In this document: positions 1 to 15,629 of the stretch, piece by piece
Numbering within the stretch: the stretch's first letter is position 1
Layout: each line of letters begins with the position of its first letter
Assembly (NCBI GenBank): GCA_964016885.1
Contig: OZ024742.1
Location: 153,698,001-153,762,000, forward strand
Length of the DNA: 64,000 nt
Direction of reading: 5' to 3'
Origin: Eledone cirrhosa
Taxonomy: Eukaryota
Program-made: the position numbers and the translations under genes
The notes under the pieces: model-generated
What the model was told of the DNA's origin: nothing
The model's input: the letters and a program-made list of their open reading frames with translations, nothing else
Databases searched by the model: none

Positions 1-562
1 CAATAGCAATGCAACACACCAGCTGTAATTTATGAAGCTGTGGTCCCTTCCCACCGACCGAACAAAGCACAGGAGGTCAAATCCTATGTGGACATGGCGG
101 AGGGCCGATTTAAGGAACGTTTCCTGAATCACCAGTCTACCTTAAGGTACCCGGACAGACGTTCATCCACGAAACTCGCGAGCCACGTATGGTATCTCAA
201 GGACTCAAGTATAGATAACTCCAATCAATGGAAAGCCATAACTAAGTCCAAGCCATACGCAAGGGGAAATGCGACGTGTGGCTTATGTATTGACGAACGA
301 ATAACTATTCTAAAGAGATTACGCAATAGTGATTGCCTAAACACGAGAATTGAATTTGTCACACGTTGTCCACACGTCACCAAACACCTATTGCATAACT
401 ACAAGTCGTCCGGACTGATTCCTTGTAACTTAGTTTTCAACTAAAATCTTTTCGGACTTTCGCAGTTATCTCACTTACAGCTCTCGCACGCATTCTAGTA
501 TTGCTTGTGTCAAGTGACCCGGTTTCTGCGCATGCACGTTCGTGCGGTTCTCCTTCCTGTTC
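1..562 (+). mobile_element. Penelope-like element family A, 3' fragment (GIY-YIG endonuclease plus 3' UTR)
   Basis: ORF 40-444: SYVDMAEGRFKERFLNH...KLASHVWYLK...CGLCIDERITI...CLNTR.EF..RCPH is a PLE GIY-YIG C-terminus; homologous to both arms at 21345-22541. Confidence 0.85.
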
Positions 563-880
563 AACAATTTCCAGGCCTGGAACAATGACGTGCCATCATT
601 GTATGGGCTTAGAAACACCATAAGACGGACAGTGACCCAGTCACAGGACCACCAACGCTGATTATGTAATCCCGCTACGTTGATGATATAAACAACGTAG
701 TAAAAAGACACCCACTAAAGAACAGTCAGGAAATAGAGAAAAACACCATGGAAAGCATCCAGCAAATAGCTAACTCCATCCACCAGAGCATCAAAGTTAC
801 TATAGACAAGCAAACACCCAACCATCGGTTACCTGTACTAGACACAGAGCTGTGGTTAGAAACCATTAATAACATAAAAC

Positions 881-1062
881 GGAGGATTGGCAGTATCGGT
901 AGAGGGTCGTACGACATGCTTTCCAGCATAGTTACGTCCCTTTACGATCTGAGTTCATATCCCGCCGAGGTTGACTTTGCCTTTCATCCTTACGGGGTCG
1001 ATAAAATAAAAGTACCAGTAATGCACTGGGTAATTGCTGGCTTTGTGCCTAAAGTAGAAACA
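881..1062 (+). mobile_element. tRNA-derived SINE (octopus-type) inserted in the PLE, with a target-site duplication
   Basis: A-box-like TGGCAGTATCGG and B-box-like GAGTTCATATCC; body CCGAGGTTGACTTTGCCTTTCATCCTT..GGGGTCGATAAAATAA; TSD ATTAATAACATAAAAC at 865-880 and 1063-1078. Confidence 0.85.
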
Positions 1063-2176
1063 ATTAATAACATAAAACAAATCCTCTATTCCCATTATGC
1101 CAAAGCCAAGATTTCAAATACCTGATCCACCGAAACTCAGCTGTTTCGAATCACACCAAAATCAACATATTGATTGCGGATTTAGTAAGGGTAATGTGGA
1201 ACGTGTCCGCTTGTGCAACTCCAAAGAATTAGAGAGACACATACAACAATTCATCCACCGTATGCTGTTATCTCGCTACAATCAGAGAGATAACATTAGA
1301 GTATATAGAGGAGTCAGAACCAAATGGGAAAAATTGGTAAATAATGATACCAATGGGACCTGTCCCTTGTATAGGAGCAAATTTCGGAATAGAATAGAAA
1401 TAACTAGGAATAAAGTTAATAAAATAAACTCATGATATGATAGCAATAAATACCAGAGTGTAATGTTCATCAATACATACCCTAGAGGTGAACTAGCCTA
1501 CACATTTAGAAGGGCCCTAGGTAAACTTGAACTAAATATTAAGATAGTGGAAAGACCAGATACCTCCATAAAAACACTGATTAGTAATACATACCCTTTT
1601 CTAAGACGTCCCTCTATAAATAAGAAATGCATAATCAGTAATCTAAGCCCCCATATTAACTGAAAAACTAGAAACATACTATATAGCATAAGCTGTACTG
1701 AGGGACAATTTAGAAATAAGAATATAATCTACATACGTGAGACAGCTCGTGGCATAAGAGAAGGATGAAATGAAAACTGTTGAGAACTCCAAGTTAGAAA
1801 AGACTCATCAATACTCCACCAACATGCTAAAATAGAACATAAGGTTAAATTAGAGATAAAAATATAATCTACACACAGAAAAGACAGCTTAAACAAATCA
1901 CAGATGCATTAAACATGAATGAACTCCAACCAAAATTAAATAAAAACATGCAATAAATAGCAACATCACAGCTTATAATTAAGGACAAAATGAAAACACA
2001 CACACATAGAACAAACAACTAACTTGTAACATGTAAATAAACAAATGAATAAACAAATAAAAACACACACATACACTCGGATGTAACACATGTGCAAACT
2101 AAGCACACAACACACACACAAACAAGATGGCGTAGGTCAGAACATAAAAGAGGCACAAAGAAATAAAATAATCCCA

Positions 2177-2220
2177 TGTCACTGAAGAGGTCACAGAATG
2201 CGTGACGAAATAATTTTACA
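2177..2220 (+). ncRNA. Minimal type I hammerhead ribozyme (family B pLTR)
   Basis: TGTCA-CTGAAGA-G-GTCAC agaatgc GTGAC-GAAA-taat-TT-T(G)ACA. Confidence 0.75.
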
Positions 2221-5200
2221 ATATATTAAAAAAACCATCCGGTTGTGGAACCAGCCAACCAACCCGAAATTTATGAAATGCATATTTATAAAATGTATAA
2301 TAAATTGAAGTGAAAGCAGCTGGTGCGTGTGTTTCTTATTGCCAACATGACCCTCCCAAAGTATAACAATATACGCATCAACACCCGTTTTCAGATAAAG
2401 AATCTTGCTAAACAAATTCTGAAACGAAATATATATATGAGCGTGTGTGTGTGCGTATGTGTGCGTTTGTGTGTGTGTACATGCACGCATGTGTGCATAT
2501 ATGGGTGTGTGTGCGTGTATATATATTTTAATATGGATAATTTTATGTCGCAAGTGTTCTTTAGGCTAATAGTATAAACGATATTTGTTTACACACACAC
2601 ACACGTATATATATATATAACGCTTCCTCTTAATGCGTGTGTGTGTCAATGTTAATCTAGAAAATTGCATGATACAGTCTCCTTGCTATATAATATATCA
2701 ACATTTAATTACTACTCTATATTTATTCTATATTTATATGTTTCATATTTATTCCTCTTACATTCTTTACTGCAACAAATATTTCTCTTCTTAATTCCCA
2801 CGATTTATTACTTATTAAAACGCTATAATATCAAAACGAGATTTCCTACATATTGCTGATTCAGAAGCAGTACTAATGGAAAAGTAAATTAATCCGATGC
2901 ATAAAGATTTGTTATTGTCACCTTTTATTGGATTCTTAACTGTATACCGAGTTATTAATTAATGTTACTGAAATATTGCCAAAATCACGCACCAAAAAAT
3001 AGTTGCAAAAATTATTGTAAATGAATATAACATTTTCAAATCAAAATTAATATTATCTGTTGCGTATTGAGCATCTACTTATTACATATATCCGATATCC
3101 ACTTAGTACCAATGGAAGGGTTCATTTCTTTCTCAATATATGGCCCTGAAAGGTTTTCCTCATATCTGTAAATGTGCCCAACCAGTGACGTTTACGAGTG
3201 CCTGTTGACAGCCATTAAGCCATGAACAGATGGATGTTATGCGATTCTTTTGTTAATAGAATATTCTATTTTGTCAATGGTCATTACAGTGCGTGAACAA
3301 GAATCATACACTAGGTCGTTGGAACTGCTACAAATATCAGCCATATATACCTCCAATTCGGGTATAACAAGAGAAACAGGAGCCGGGGAAGTCGTAGTGG
3401 ATACATGGTGTGTTTTAGACATATTAATCCTGATGGAGCTGATCGAGAGCGAGATAATGTCTCTGTGTGTGATATAGAGGAAGAAGTGACATTAGGGGAG
3501 AGTCGGTAATATTTTTATTATTCTTGAAAGTATGAATGCCAAACATATATACACATGTGAATACAATATCGGATTTATGGTGGCACTATTCTCCTTCGCG
3601 ATATAAACATGTTTACATGGAATGTATGCCTCCGTAGATAGATCTAAATATATTCTTGTTTCTTGTTTTTTTAGATCAGTCCTTTAGCAAAAGTGCAGAC
3701 ATCACATCGTTTACCCCCATCTCCATAATGACTATATCTTCCAACGATGATCTACGTAATACAGCAGCTCAGACATTTATGGTTTCATGATCAGATGTAA
3801 CGTGAGAGTCTTATTACCTCCATCATTCAATATTCCTAAAAAGAGAAATAATGCAATTCTAAAAACTTCTTATGCAAGACAATTGTGACACTCTAATATA
3901 ACGCCTCAGAGTAGTCGCAGTGTCCGAATCAGTTTGCACATATTGCTTTTTGCAGATGTTATAGGTGTATATCATTTTTTTTTGTTCAGGGTAGTCATAC
4001 ATTTGAAACATAAACAAGTGTATCTAGTGTGGCATTGCTAATATTTTTGTGTTGCAGAGAAGTACATACTTCTTAATATTAAGAAAGTTTTTTCCATGCA
4101 TAATATTAAGAGGTTTTGTGCGAGTATGGAGGTAAAACAAGTAATATGGGGATTTACTTTTGAGGTACATAGCTTATTCATCTTTAAATACACTCGCCTC
4201 TAATGGGCCACCTTGTGCACAGCACCCTGTAACATATGTATTATTTAGAGGAAATATTTGACATGATTCTATTTATGTTATTCAGCAGATATTTAAGAAT
4301 TATACTTTGTGGTCTGAACCCATGTTTATATACGAATGAAATAATTTCAATTTGTTTCCAAGAATGTTTTTAGGTAGGAAACATTTATTGTAAAGCGACA
4401 TGTAGGAAATGATCAATTTTTACATTTGTATATATGATCATTTTAAAAACAAAATTTCTGAAAGCGTTATGGGGTCCTTCTTTATTTTATCTAAATTGTA
4501 TGTGTACACAATTTTTGAGATAGCATATATATATATATCATGACACCATATTCCAAAATATGAAGAAGGGAATATTTTATTTAATATATGTAAAAATATG
4601 TAATCCTATGAGTCGTGTATATCTGAGATATTTTATTAAATCAAGTTATAAAAGCATACACATTACTCAATCAGGATATTATTTGCATTCCTGAACTCAT
4701 TTTAATATTCCTTAATATGTATTTTACAGTTTGCTAATGCCTCTAGTCTGTCATTGATTTAAAGGCTTACAGCCATAACTTATCTTTCACAATCAATATC
4801 GGTATAGGCCCGCAGGCTGTCACTCATATATAAGTCTGTTGTAATAGTATGTGTGTGCGTGTATCTGGTTTTTTCATCACATGAAAGGCTTTAGTTTTGT
4901 CAGAGGTCAACCGTGATTTATCAGATCATTCGAGATTATTAAAAGTAATGTTAAGCTTAGTTTAGAATAAATAAGATGATTTACATTATTTAAGGTTTGG
5001 CATCAATCTTTATAACAAAAATTCCGAGTTTTGAGTTTTGTTAGAGAAAATCAAAGCAAGTCAATTTTTTTTCAAAGAATTTCATCATTAATGAATTATT
5101 TTCGGCAAACATTCGTCGTTAACACTCCACGTCGATTCAATCTAACATATTAGTCCTTACTATTTGGCAGAGAACAGAGAGTTGTTGTACCAAAGATTAC

Positions 5201-5677
5201 AAAGCCAGAATGCTATCAAATTAATACGCTATCAAATTAATTAAAATAGGAAAATATCATCATGTATTCGTAATCATGAAGACACACACTATCACAGAGA
5301 AACACACACATACAAAGTAACTCGCTAAATGTAAGTTTAGTTAAGTGTGATTTAGATCTACAAATGTGATGTTGTAATTTCGATTCCCTGGCACGACGTT
5401 GTGGCGTGTCCTTGGGCAAACAGTGTATTCCACTTTACTCCAGCTCACTCACCTGTAGATATGTGTTACGACATCATTGATCCCAAGATGGATCAGCTTT
5501 TGCCTCTTCCTTGGAGGACAACGGTGGCGTTGAAGGAGGAGGCTCGTATGCAAGAGGGATTGCTTTCCCAGTCATGTGTCTATAAAGGATGTAATTAATT
5601 GTGACAGACTGGTATATATATATATATATATATATATACACCAGTCTGTCAGAAATAAATATTTCTCTCTTTCCAAA

Positions 5678-5678
<1 letters not shown>

Positions 5679-5757
<79 letters not shown>
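5679..5757. repeat. (TA)n microsatellite, representative of dozens in the window
   Basis: Pure TA run; similar runs at ~5960-6135, 17667-17850, 27590-27680, 40500-40580 and elsewhere produce the spurious YI-repeat ORFs. Confidence 0.95.
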
Positions 5758-5759
<2 letters not shown>

Positions 5760-5877
5760 TTTGGAAAGAGAGATGTATTTTAATTATGTTTCATATAAAA
5801 TATACAACTGGCTATCCACAAAATACGTATAGTTAGCACCCCAAACGTTTAATTGGGATTATACTAAGGTATATCCT

Positions 5878-6229
<352 letters not shown>

Positions 6230-6314
6230 GTCGGTCTCACTCTCACTCAGCGGTCTTGAGGCTAGTAAAATGAGGTATCCTCTTCATAAGTCGGCAGACC
6301 TCGCAAGGACTCTA

Positions 6315-6365
6315 TATCTTTATGATGTATTGTTTTTGTTTATGCCACGAAACTACGTAGTCGAG
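6315..6365 (+). ncRNA. Degenerate hammerhead ribozyme
   Basis: ..TTTATGA-tgtattg...atgccac-GAAA-CTACGTAG-TC-GAG; palindromic stem III and GUC triplet intact, CUGA box mutated. Confidence 0.45.
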
Positions 6366-6436
6366 GAATCTAGGAGCAGTTTAGGTATGATACATTTTAT
6401 TACTAATTATATCTAAATGTTTCTTCTCTCTTCATA

Positions 6437-6506
<70 letters not shown>

Positions 6507-7344
6507 CAACGACTTCATTTCATCAATTCTACCTTAATAATTCTGTATTGCTTCCTTTGTTATTACCGTCTACTTTTCGCACATGTACACACACGCACAC
6601 ATACGCGCGCACACACACACACAGATACATACACATGCACACACACACACCCACACATACACATACACACACACACATACACACACATACACCCCCCCAC
6701 ACACACACACACATATATATATATATACATATATTCGAATTGGTGAAATAATGTCCGTAGTATATTTATTATTTATTCCAAATCTTAGTCTTATTACTGC
6801 ATGAAAACTAGTATCTTCAAGCGAACTCTTTCAAAATATCAGTCCTATGAAATAAACTATTAAGACATGATCTGAAAACAATCCATGGACCATATTAATA
6901 AAACTTCTTCATACTTTCAACGTTCAATATGTCGGCAAATAATACAACATATCTCCATTCCGAATGGGAAGTGTAATACATGAAATTATTAGTGTTTTTT
7001 CTCTCTCTTTCCAATTTTCTCATTCTAGATATTATCAGAAATGTTGCCAGCCACTATAAAGAACATTGTGTGAACAAAAAGTTCAACAAGAATGAAGATA
7101 AAAGTATAATTAACAAAACAAAAAAAAAAAATATCAATACTTTTTGTTGTGAAAATTTGGGTTGTTAATTATCAATCTTTCATTGGAGGCAATTCACTGA
7201 TTCTATTTATTGTGTTATACATTTTGCTGTTCCACCATAATAAAATAAAGAATGAATTCTAATGAATTTGATTTTTTAATGATATTTTACGTGTTTTTCT
7301 GGGTGTTTTTGTCATTTATATTCTTCTTCTTCTTCTCCTTCATC

Positions 7345-7425
<81 letters not shown>

Positions 7426-7450
7426 TTATTATCATTATTATTATTATTAT
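7345..7450. repeat. (TTA)n microsatellite
   Basis: Trinucleotide run that produces the poly-Leu ORF 7252-7515. Confidence 0.9.
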
Positions 7451-7795
7451 TTTTGTTGTTGATGTGCTTGATTTGTTTGATTGACTACAGACAACATTCC
7501 ATCAAATTACAATGATTTTTCTATCATTATGTCTTTCTCTCCCCCTTTCTATATTCCTTTATATCGTTCTCATCTTATTAAACTAATTATCGATTATTTC
7601 TAAAATGTTAAAAATTCTGATGACATTTTCTTTAATTAGCATATTTATAAAGTTAACAACATAATATAACAAGTAATAAATAGTAAAATATATAATAAAT
7701 AGGCAAAAGCAATAACATAAAATTACAAACCAGCAGAAGAATAAAAATATACAAGCATAAAATAATTACCAATTAAAAGAATCACATCAGTATTT

Positions 7796-7877
<82 letters not shown>

Positions 7878-10800
7878 ATTAAATAATGGGAAACTACAAG
7901 TAACAATTGTTAACATAAGAGTAGAACCGCAACGTATTTCTTGTTGAACGTACAAAATGCTTTCAGCCTGAACATCTCGCGGCAGTGAGTCTACAATTTT
8001 AGATAGATTATTGATTATTTTAAAATTCTCTCTCGAAGTCCGTGACTTATCAGTCTTCAGTCGAAAGGAGTTGCTGTGTTTCACAACACTTTCCCACCGA
8101 TTGAAATTACTTCCATATACCGCATATTAGCACATTGACGTGTCACATATAAAATTTCAACTTACAATATATATGTAAGTATTGTATTCAAACCTTATAC
8201 ACACATTTGTACACAAAATGATAAATGTGAAGACCATTAATAAATTGTTCGATGTGTTTTGGTCTTTTTTAATGCACGGTTCTATGATTAGTGTTGTCCG
8301 TGCATTTCCCATTCCTTTCTGTTTGTATATCAGGGAAACACTTTCCAAAATGTCATGTTCTTTTTAAAGGTATTTGCGTGTTGCTGATTCTATTAAGTGA
8401 AATATGTGTTTCGAGGCATCATTAGTATAACTGTCTAAGGAATAAGTTATATTGTAACTTGGACAGCTTGTTGTATTTTGCGATTATTACTGCAAATATA
8501 AATAAATATTCTTTAATTGACGTTAAAAAAACCCCAACAAGACGAGAGAAATAAAATATAAAATGTATGATTCCGTTTAGAATATTCCATGAATTATTTA
8601 CAATAGACATATTATATTATCTCCGAACACTTGAAATAGGCAATATAGGAAACTAGTAAACTCTTATCAAATATGTAATCTAAAACCACAAAGAACAACG
8701 ATGAATAATGGACAAGTTCCCACAAAGTATGAATTATACAATCTTTCTTTTCTGTTTTCACGTGAACCCACAAAACAAAAACAAAAAACAAAGGCTAATC
8801 TGCTTCCCTGGAAGGGGAAAGGGGGAGAACTATAAATGAAATAGTGATAAAGCAAATAATTTGATGGCAACAGTAACATATCATTTATTACATTAGTTGA
8901 GAAACTTACGTTTGAAGGTTGTTACACAAGGATTATTGGTGGTAAGAAAAGAACAATGTCTTATCACCAGAAAGTTACTCTATATACTTTAACAACAAGA
9001 TTGTCTGAGATTAGAGAAGAAACACGTAACTATATTGTTTCTGAATGTCTAGACTTAGGTAGGAAATGCTACATATTCAATAATATTATACGCTGGAATT
9101 CCATAAAAAATTGACAATTTTTTTGTAATACCGGCCATTGCACGCCATCTTAAAGATTAAGTCTAATCGACCATACACTATTATCAATTACATAATCAGA
9201 GTTTCAGTCGCCCCAAAAAAGTATCACTGAAGAAAAGAGAAACAGGTAGATAGTATCCGAATATAAAACAAAATAATTCCTAAGGGCAAGACGTTGAACC
9301 CTGAAAAAAGAAATGATATGAACAATAATAGGTTGTTTCGTAATAATTAAAACGGACTGCTGAATACATAAAGAAATCTCCACAACTTAAGATATAAAAC
9401 ACAGAGAATATGCGAACTACGTTATATGAAATCCTAATCATTTTCCCATTAAAAAAATGCTTCAAATATAAAGTTATCGTGTATACATCAACCACCATCG
9501 GTTGTAGATAATAAGAATATGAAAATAGTATAGAACGTTTGGATACGGCTGAACACCAGATTGTTGAAGTGTAAGCTCGACATTGCTTTCTATTAAAACA
9601 ATAACAATAGCGTAGAAATACTCGTGAAAGCAATACTATGAATTTATGGATGTTATACCTGCTGAATTATACATTTTACATCTGTTAAGGAATGCATTTT
9701 TTTTCCTTTTGTAATCGAAACAACAGGTTATTCAAAAACCTACACATGTGTAGAGCATTGCCATACTGTATTTAGTAAAAAAGTAAGTATATTTATTGAT
9801 ACAGAATATTCAAACACAAATTCTATTTTATGCGTATTTTACATCAAATATTCTTTCTCGCCTTCAACATTTCTAATAACATTGCATATTGTTCTTCATC
9901 CTCTATATACATCTTAAACTTGAAAGCGTCTGTGCATTTCTCTGTGAAACAATGTAAGCAGTATTTCAAACAATGTTCCTGCAATGGTGGAAAGAATAAG
10001 AAAACTATTTTATTCTTTAAAGAAATATTTTCTAGCGTTATTATAAGTGTTTCAGGATTTTATGCTGTTTACACATTTGATATGTAATATTTGTTTTAAC
10101 TGCATGTCTATGGGTAAGGGCATTGGCATATCCAACAGACAGTCGGTTAGAAATATTTGCGGTGTTCATTTCAATCCTTTGAACAACAAATAACTCTTCA
10201 TCTAATCAAGGTATTTAGATATATTTTCTGTTATGTAAATAGAAGTTTATGTTCAGAAGTGCTGTGCCAAGTTTAGAGGCCAAAGACACAATATATATCA
10301 TGACTGTTTCCTATCATTCAGTCTAGAGTTAATGGGCGACGGCCCATGGCTCCATATCCATGTACAAGACTCTTTTTTTTTGTTTCTAAATTGAAGTTTT
10401 TCACCATGAAATAATCACATAGTATTAAATACAAAACATTTTGTATGTAGCCAATATATTTACTTTCTTTCTCAAGGCAAAAACAATTAGTTCACATTTG
10501 AATTACGGTGTGTTATAAAATTGTCCATTATTAGTTATTAGTTTTTCCTTTACATTATTTGTGTGTGCACGGTCTAAATAGAAAGCGAATTGGTTCCAAC
10601 GTATACTAAATCTTTCGTTTTGATACAATGAGTTATGTTCGCGATTTTTTTTATTTACCTGAATGAGTGTACGTTTACATACATTTGTTCTTCTCATATG
10701 TTTCTCTCTCTATCCTTCCGATTAAAATGAAGACATTTACTTGGATAACATGATAACATTAATTGACCGTTTACACCCCTTTGCTTGACGGCGAATACCT

Positions 10801-12456
10801 ACAAGTGCTAAAAAATGTATGTGGTAGTATGTTGTAAAATGTTTTGCAGAGAACTCAACTAAATGCACAGTAATTATATTTACAATATCTACCTGTGTAT
10901 TACTTCATTTGCACCGATAGCGGAATATACAAACAATGTTGTTCAAGAAATCTTACAATATGTTTCAAAGGCAGAGCAATATCAAATTTAGTTAGTGTAT
11001 TATATGGAAGTTGAGTTAGAAGTATATAACAGTGATTAATGAAAACGTAATTCAGGTTTTGCGGTTGAGGTCGTTCACCGGATTTATATGGTCACCCGCC
11101 TTTTACATGTACATGGAAATACACACACACATACACACATACACACACACACACATACACACACACATATACATACACACACACACATGTATATATATAT
11201 ATATTTACATTCATATATTTATTAATATATATATATACTCACTATATGTTCCCATATACAAATAACATATTCACACAAACACACACATATACATATGTAT
11301 GTGAGTGTCCGAAAAAGTAAAGACAACAAAGCATCGAGGGAATTTAGAAGAAAGATGATATTGCTTAAATTACCCATTATTTTATCTTCATCGTTTTGCG
11401 CTTGTTCTTGTCACACTCTGAATATATTGATTATTCTGTGTCTCTAGATGTTCAATTTATTAGTTGGTTACTGCTTTTGTTTACTTTATGTGTTTGATGA
11501 GGAGGTTTTATACACTTTCCATGCAGAGTATCAACATAACTAGGCGCATGATCGCCAAACCTAAAACTAGGTGAATTGTTTAAACACTCTGAAAATGTTG
11601 AGACGAAAATACACAGAGGAAAGAGGAAGAAAGATAGAAAGAGACATGGAGAGAATGAGAGAGATCAGGAGACAGAGGGAAATATCAAGATATGGTGTAT
11701 GTGAACAGGACACAGGCGTGAAAATGCTTCTTTGTCGGGTGTCTATCAAATAAAACTGATGTAAGTTAAACTACATTCTGAGAAATTGTTTAAACATTAT
11801 GGTAATCATAAAACTATATTCTGATTAGAAATTCATTATGTATTAAAATAAAGCGATGTAAATCCTATAGATTTGAATATTTCACAACTTAGACGAATGG
11901 TTTAAGGAGGGTCTTTATGGTTTTCCGGAGGTTATCTTTATACGAGATAAACATTTCTGTAAATAAATACTGCCCAAATCATTTTTCAGTTAATCTCACA
12001 ATCAATAAAATATATTTAGTAAACTTATGCATATTCCAATAAAATATAAACTGAAAATCTTAGAAGCAATAAAAAGAAAATCATTAGAATATTTAGAAAT
12101 TTATATCAATAATATTATCATCATTATTATTTAATCATCATAATTATGATCATCATTGTATACCCTATGGTTCTATGTGTAGTCTTGTAAATTACTTCGA
12201 ATATAAAATTTAAAAGAAAATGATTTCATACCCGTTTCAAATACTCTGTATTTGTTAGTTAAATATATTTTTGTTATGAAAATATATATTCACGCACACT
12301 ATCACACACAAATGCAGATGCACGCAAGCACACATGTTTATACATAAACACACAAATATGTATACATACGTTATATATTTGTTATATACATATACATATA
12401 TATAACGTATTTACATACACATATATATACATATATATATATATACATATATACAT

Positions 12457-12490
<34 letters not shown>

Positions 12491-12514
12491 TTATTTAAAT
12501 ATATACATACATAC

Positions 12515-12597
<83 letters not shown>

Positions 12598-14476
12598 TAT
12601 ATATGAGGGTGTATATGTTTATGTGTCTATATGTATATTTATTATATATATGTTTGTGTGTGTGTGTATTTACATATAAGTAAAATACGACTTGCTCCAA
12701 GCTATATACTAAATCTATAAGATGATTATAAATTTAAACAACATAAGCTTTTTATTATTTTGTTCCCAAACACACCGCATTGGAAGTATGAAAATTGATA
12801 ATTTTTATCTACGTGTTTTATATTGAAACAAAATTACATTGCCTTTAGTTTTAATGTGCACTAAACTTTCCTTTCCCTCATCTATCTTTCCTTATCTTAT
12901 CTATTCCTCTATCCTGTTTTATCAGGTAGTCAGTTAGCTATCCGACACTATATGTAATCTTAAATGATGTCATTCTGTCAATACGCACATAAATATATAT
13001 TAATATGCTAAATTGTGTAACCTTCAAATTGCAAGCAATGATGTTTCTTTTCAAACACTTATTCCGAATGAAAACAATTTGTAACAGAAACATTTTTATT
13101 ATCTCTCGCATTTTGTAATATTTACGCGATTGCGAAATAAGTTACAGATTAATTAGATTGAAAGATCGGTAGAGTTAAACATAAATCAAAATCATCTATT
13201 TACTTGAAATTGATCACGTTCGATCTTTGTTTAAATGTCATTAAGATGACATTTATAATTTCTGTAATAGAATAATTTAAGCCAACATCCCTTCACACAC
13301 ACATACACACACGGAAATAAAACCATTGTCAAACAATACATCGTTATCTTTTTCTTTGAAAATATTGAAATTATATTTATTTTTATATCCGTGAAATATT
13401 GATGTTTTGTATGAGAATGAGTGTCTGTGTGCCCTACATCCAGTATAGTCGCTGTAACAAACTTGAAAATGTTGCCAATTTTATATGAGCCCTTTGATGT
13501 ATTTGACATTATTTTTGTTCTGGTGCCTCTGTCTCTATAAAGATATGCGTTCCGATGTTTTCAATAAATTCCATGTTATAGATTGGAGTAAAATACTTCT
13601 AACGATAAAATTAGCAGCGAAATTTAACTCGTTACCAGATTACTGTTTTTTCTGAATCAGTTTCTCTTGTATTTCGAAGAAAAATTTCATTTCTCTATTC
13701 TTCATTTCGTTAGCGTTGGAGTTTTCTATAATCTGTGTGAACCATTTTAGAATCGGAAGTTCATACAAATAAAAAAAAAAGTATGTGAATTTAATGAGTA
13801 ATTGCTATAATTTATACAATATCTAATACACACACAAACATGTACACACACACGCACATACACACACACATATATACACACAGATATATACACACACATA
13901 TATACATACATACATACACAGACACACACACGCACACACACATATATATATATGTGTGTATCTATATATATATATATGTATATTTATGTACGAAGAATAG
14001 AAGATAGCGAGGTTAGGTGTAAAAACCAAGCTCGTTAACTTTAATCCGGTATTCCTGCCAACCCTTATCTTTTGTCATCAATCTTGGTTAATGACCGAAA
14101 TAATACGATCGAAAATACAAGCGACCGAAATGGGAATTTCTCCGAATAGTGGTGTATCCTTACTGTATGTAGTGCGAATCTCGGAGATCAGTGCGTAGAG
14201 CCACTACGTCACCGAATTGAGAGATCACAGCTCCGATATTATGGCTATGTGATTAGAATATCTCAGGAATGAATCACTGGACAGAATTTCGGGCAAATCC
14301 AACAGGCTGAAGACCCAGGGGTAGAACTTGAGGAAGTAGGTTGCATAACATCCATGAGCTTAGTTGCTCTTGCTTGGAGATTTAGTCGGATACGTTGGAC
14401 ATACAACATGCTGGAAGGTGTGTAAAGAGCACTTTGCCCCCACGACCCTCTCAGGAATAAGGGGACGGAAAGCAGT

Positions 14477-14640
14477 AGAAGAAGAAGAAGAAGAAGAAGA
14501 AGAAGAAGAAGAAGAAGAAGAAGAAGAAGAAGAAGAAGAAGAAGAAGAAGAAGAAGAAGAAGAGAGGCGGATGAAGGAGGAGGAGGAGGAGGAGGAGAGG
14601 AGGAGGAGGAAGGAGAGGAGGAGGAGGAGGAGGAGAGGAG
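14477..14640. repeat. (GAA)n/(GGA)n microsatellite
   Basis: Direct reading; explains the poly-E and poly-S ORFs. Confidence 0.9.
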
Positions 14641-14659
14641 TTTGCACTATTTTAAGACG

Positions 14660-15530
14660 CAACTAGACGAGCCACCTTCCCCATCACAGAACACCAGGAA
14701 GATGAAACAACTGTTCCAGGAACTGTATATAGGGACAGTACCCTTCGCCAGAGAGGAACATCAGGGAGTCAAAGTGAAGATCAAGGAGGTTAAGGACCAT
14801 GGAAAATATGGAGTGGCATCAGAGGTGGCGAAGCGGCATCGATGTCTATTTCTAGGTACTGCAGAAAGGGGGGGATCCTACTGTACCAAAGAAGGGAAAA
14901 TCTCTGACACCAAGAACTATAGGACCATCTCACAGACATCACTTGTGGCTAAAACCCACAACGGGATGATACTTGACAGAAACCAATCGTAGATGGAGAC
15001 GACACTCAGGAATAACCAGAACGGCTTCGGGGAGTAAAGTTCAACCACCAGTCACATCCTGATGCTGAGAATTCTAGACGGCGCTAGAGCAAAGCACCTT
15101 CCAGTTGTCATGTTTTTCATTAACTTCAAGATGGCCTTTTATTGTGTGGCGCTAAAATGCCTGATGAACTTACAGGCTTATGGAATCAATAATAAAATAG
15201 TGGACCTGATAACACTGATCTACACCAAAACGAGAAACCACGTCATCACAACTGACGGGATAACGGAGTTCTTTTATTTACTGGCTGGAGTACTCCAGGG
15301 CGATACATTGGCTTCCTACCTTTTTTAACAGTGGACGCAGTGTATGCGCCATACAGTAGAGAAACACCAGCATTTGGGCTTCACTGTAGCACCGGCTCAG
15401 ACCAGAAAAGATATGGCTAAGAAGATATCAGAGGGCGATTCTTTTCTGACGATATAGCTCTGGTGACAAACATAGTGAAAGTGCCAGACGAGTTGAGGCG
15501 AGTAGTTGATAGCATTAACATTGTTTCCAC
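14660..15530 (+). mobile_element. RTE-like non-LTR retrotransposon RT remnant (frameshifted)
   Basis: NYRTISQTSLVAKTHN; LRNNQNGF; FINFKMAF; AYGI..IVDLI; GVLQGDTLASYLF; FSDDIAL-like motif near 15445. Confidence 0.75.
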
Positions 15531-15629
15531 GGTGTGATTTGACGAGCTCAACCCCACTTGTAACCCGAATGCGGCATGGGATCTTCTCGATCAAATATTA
15601 TATTAGAGGGTGAAATAGAAATATTATAA

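Larger units (their letters stand above)
563..2430 (+). mobile_element. Penelope-like element family B, 5'-truncated and degenerate (RT end, GIY-YIG, pLTR with hammerhead, ORF-start tail)
   Basis: RYVDDIN at 673-693; IANSIHQSIKVTID..LPVLD RT end; KC...KTRNILYSISC...IYIRETAR...ILHQH GIY-YIG remnant at ~1620-1840; 3' region homologous to 47490-48344; ends at GAAACGAAAT(AT)n. Confidence 0.8.

Noticed and set aside
2347-2430. Repeated short [31 protein letters not shown] as a small host gene
   Set aside because: It is the recurring tail of family B pLTRs, probably the PLE ORF start, and runs directly into (TA)n.
3495-3660. Minus-strand peptide ..IAKENSATINPILYS.. resembling a GPCR/opsin TM7 NPxxY motif, near an acceptor-like site at ~3838
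   Set aside because: The flanking residues are not a hydrophobic helix, the frame is short, and no other GPCR segments were found; likely chance.
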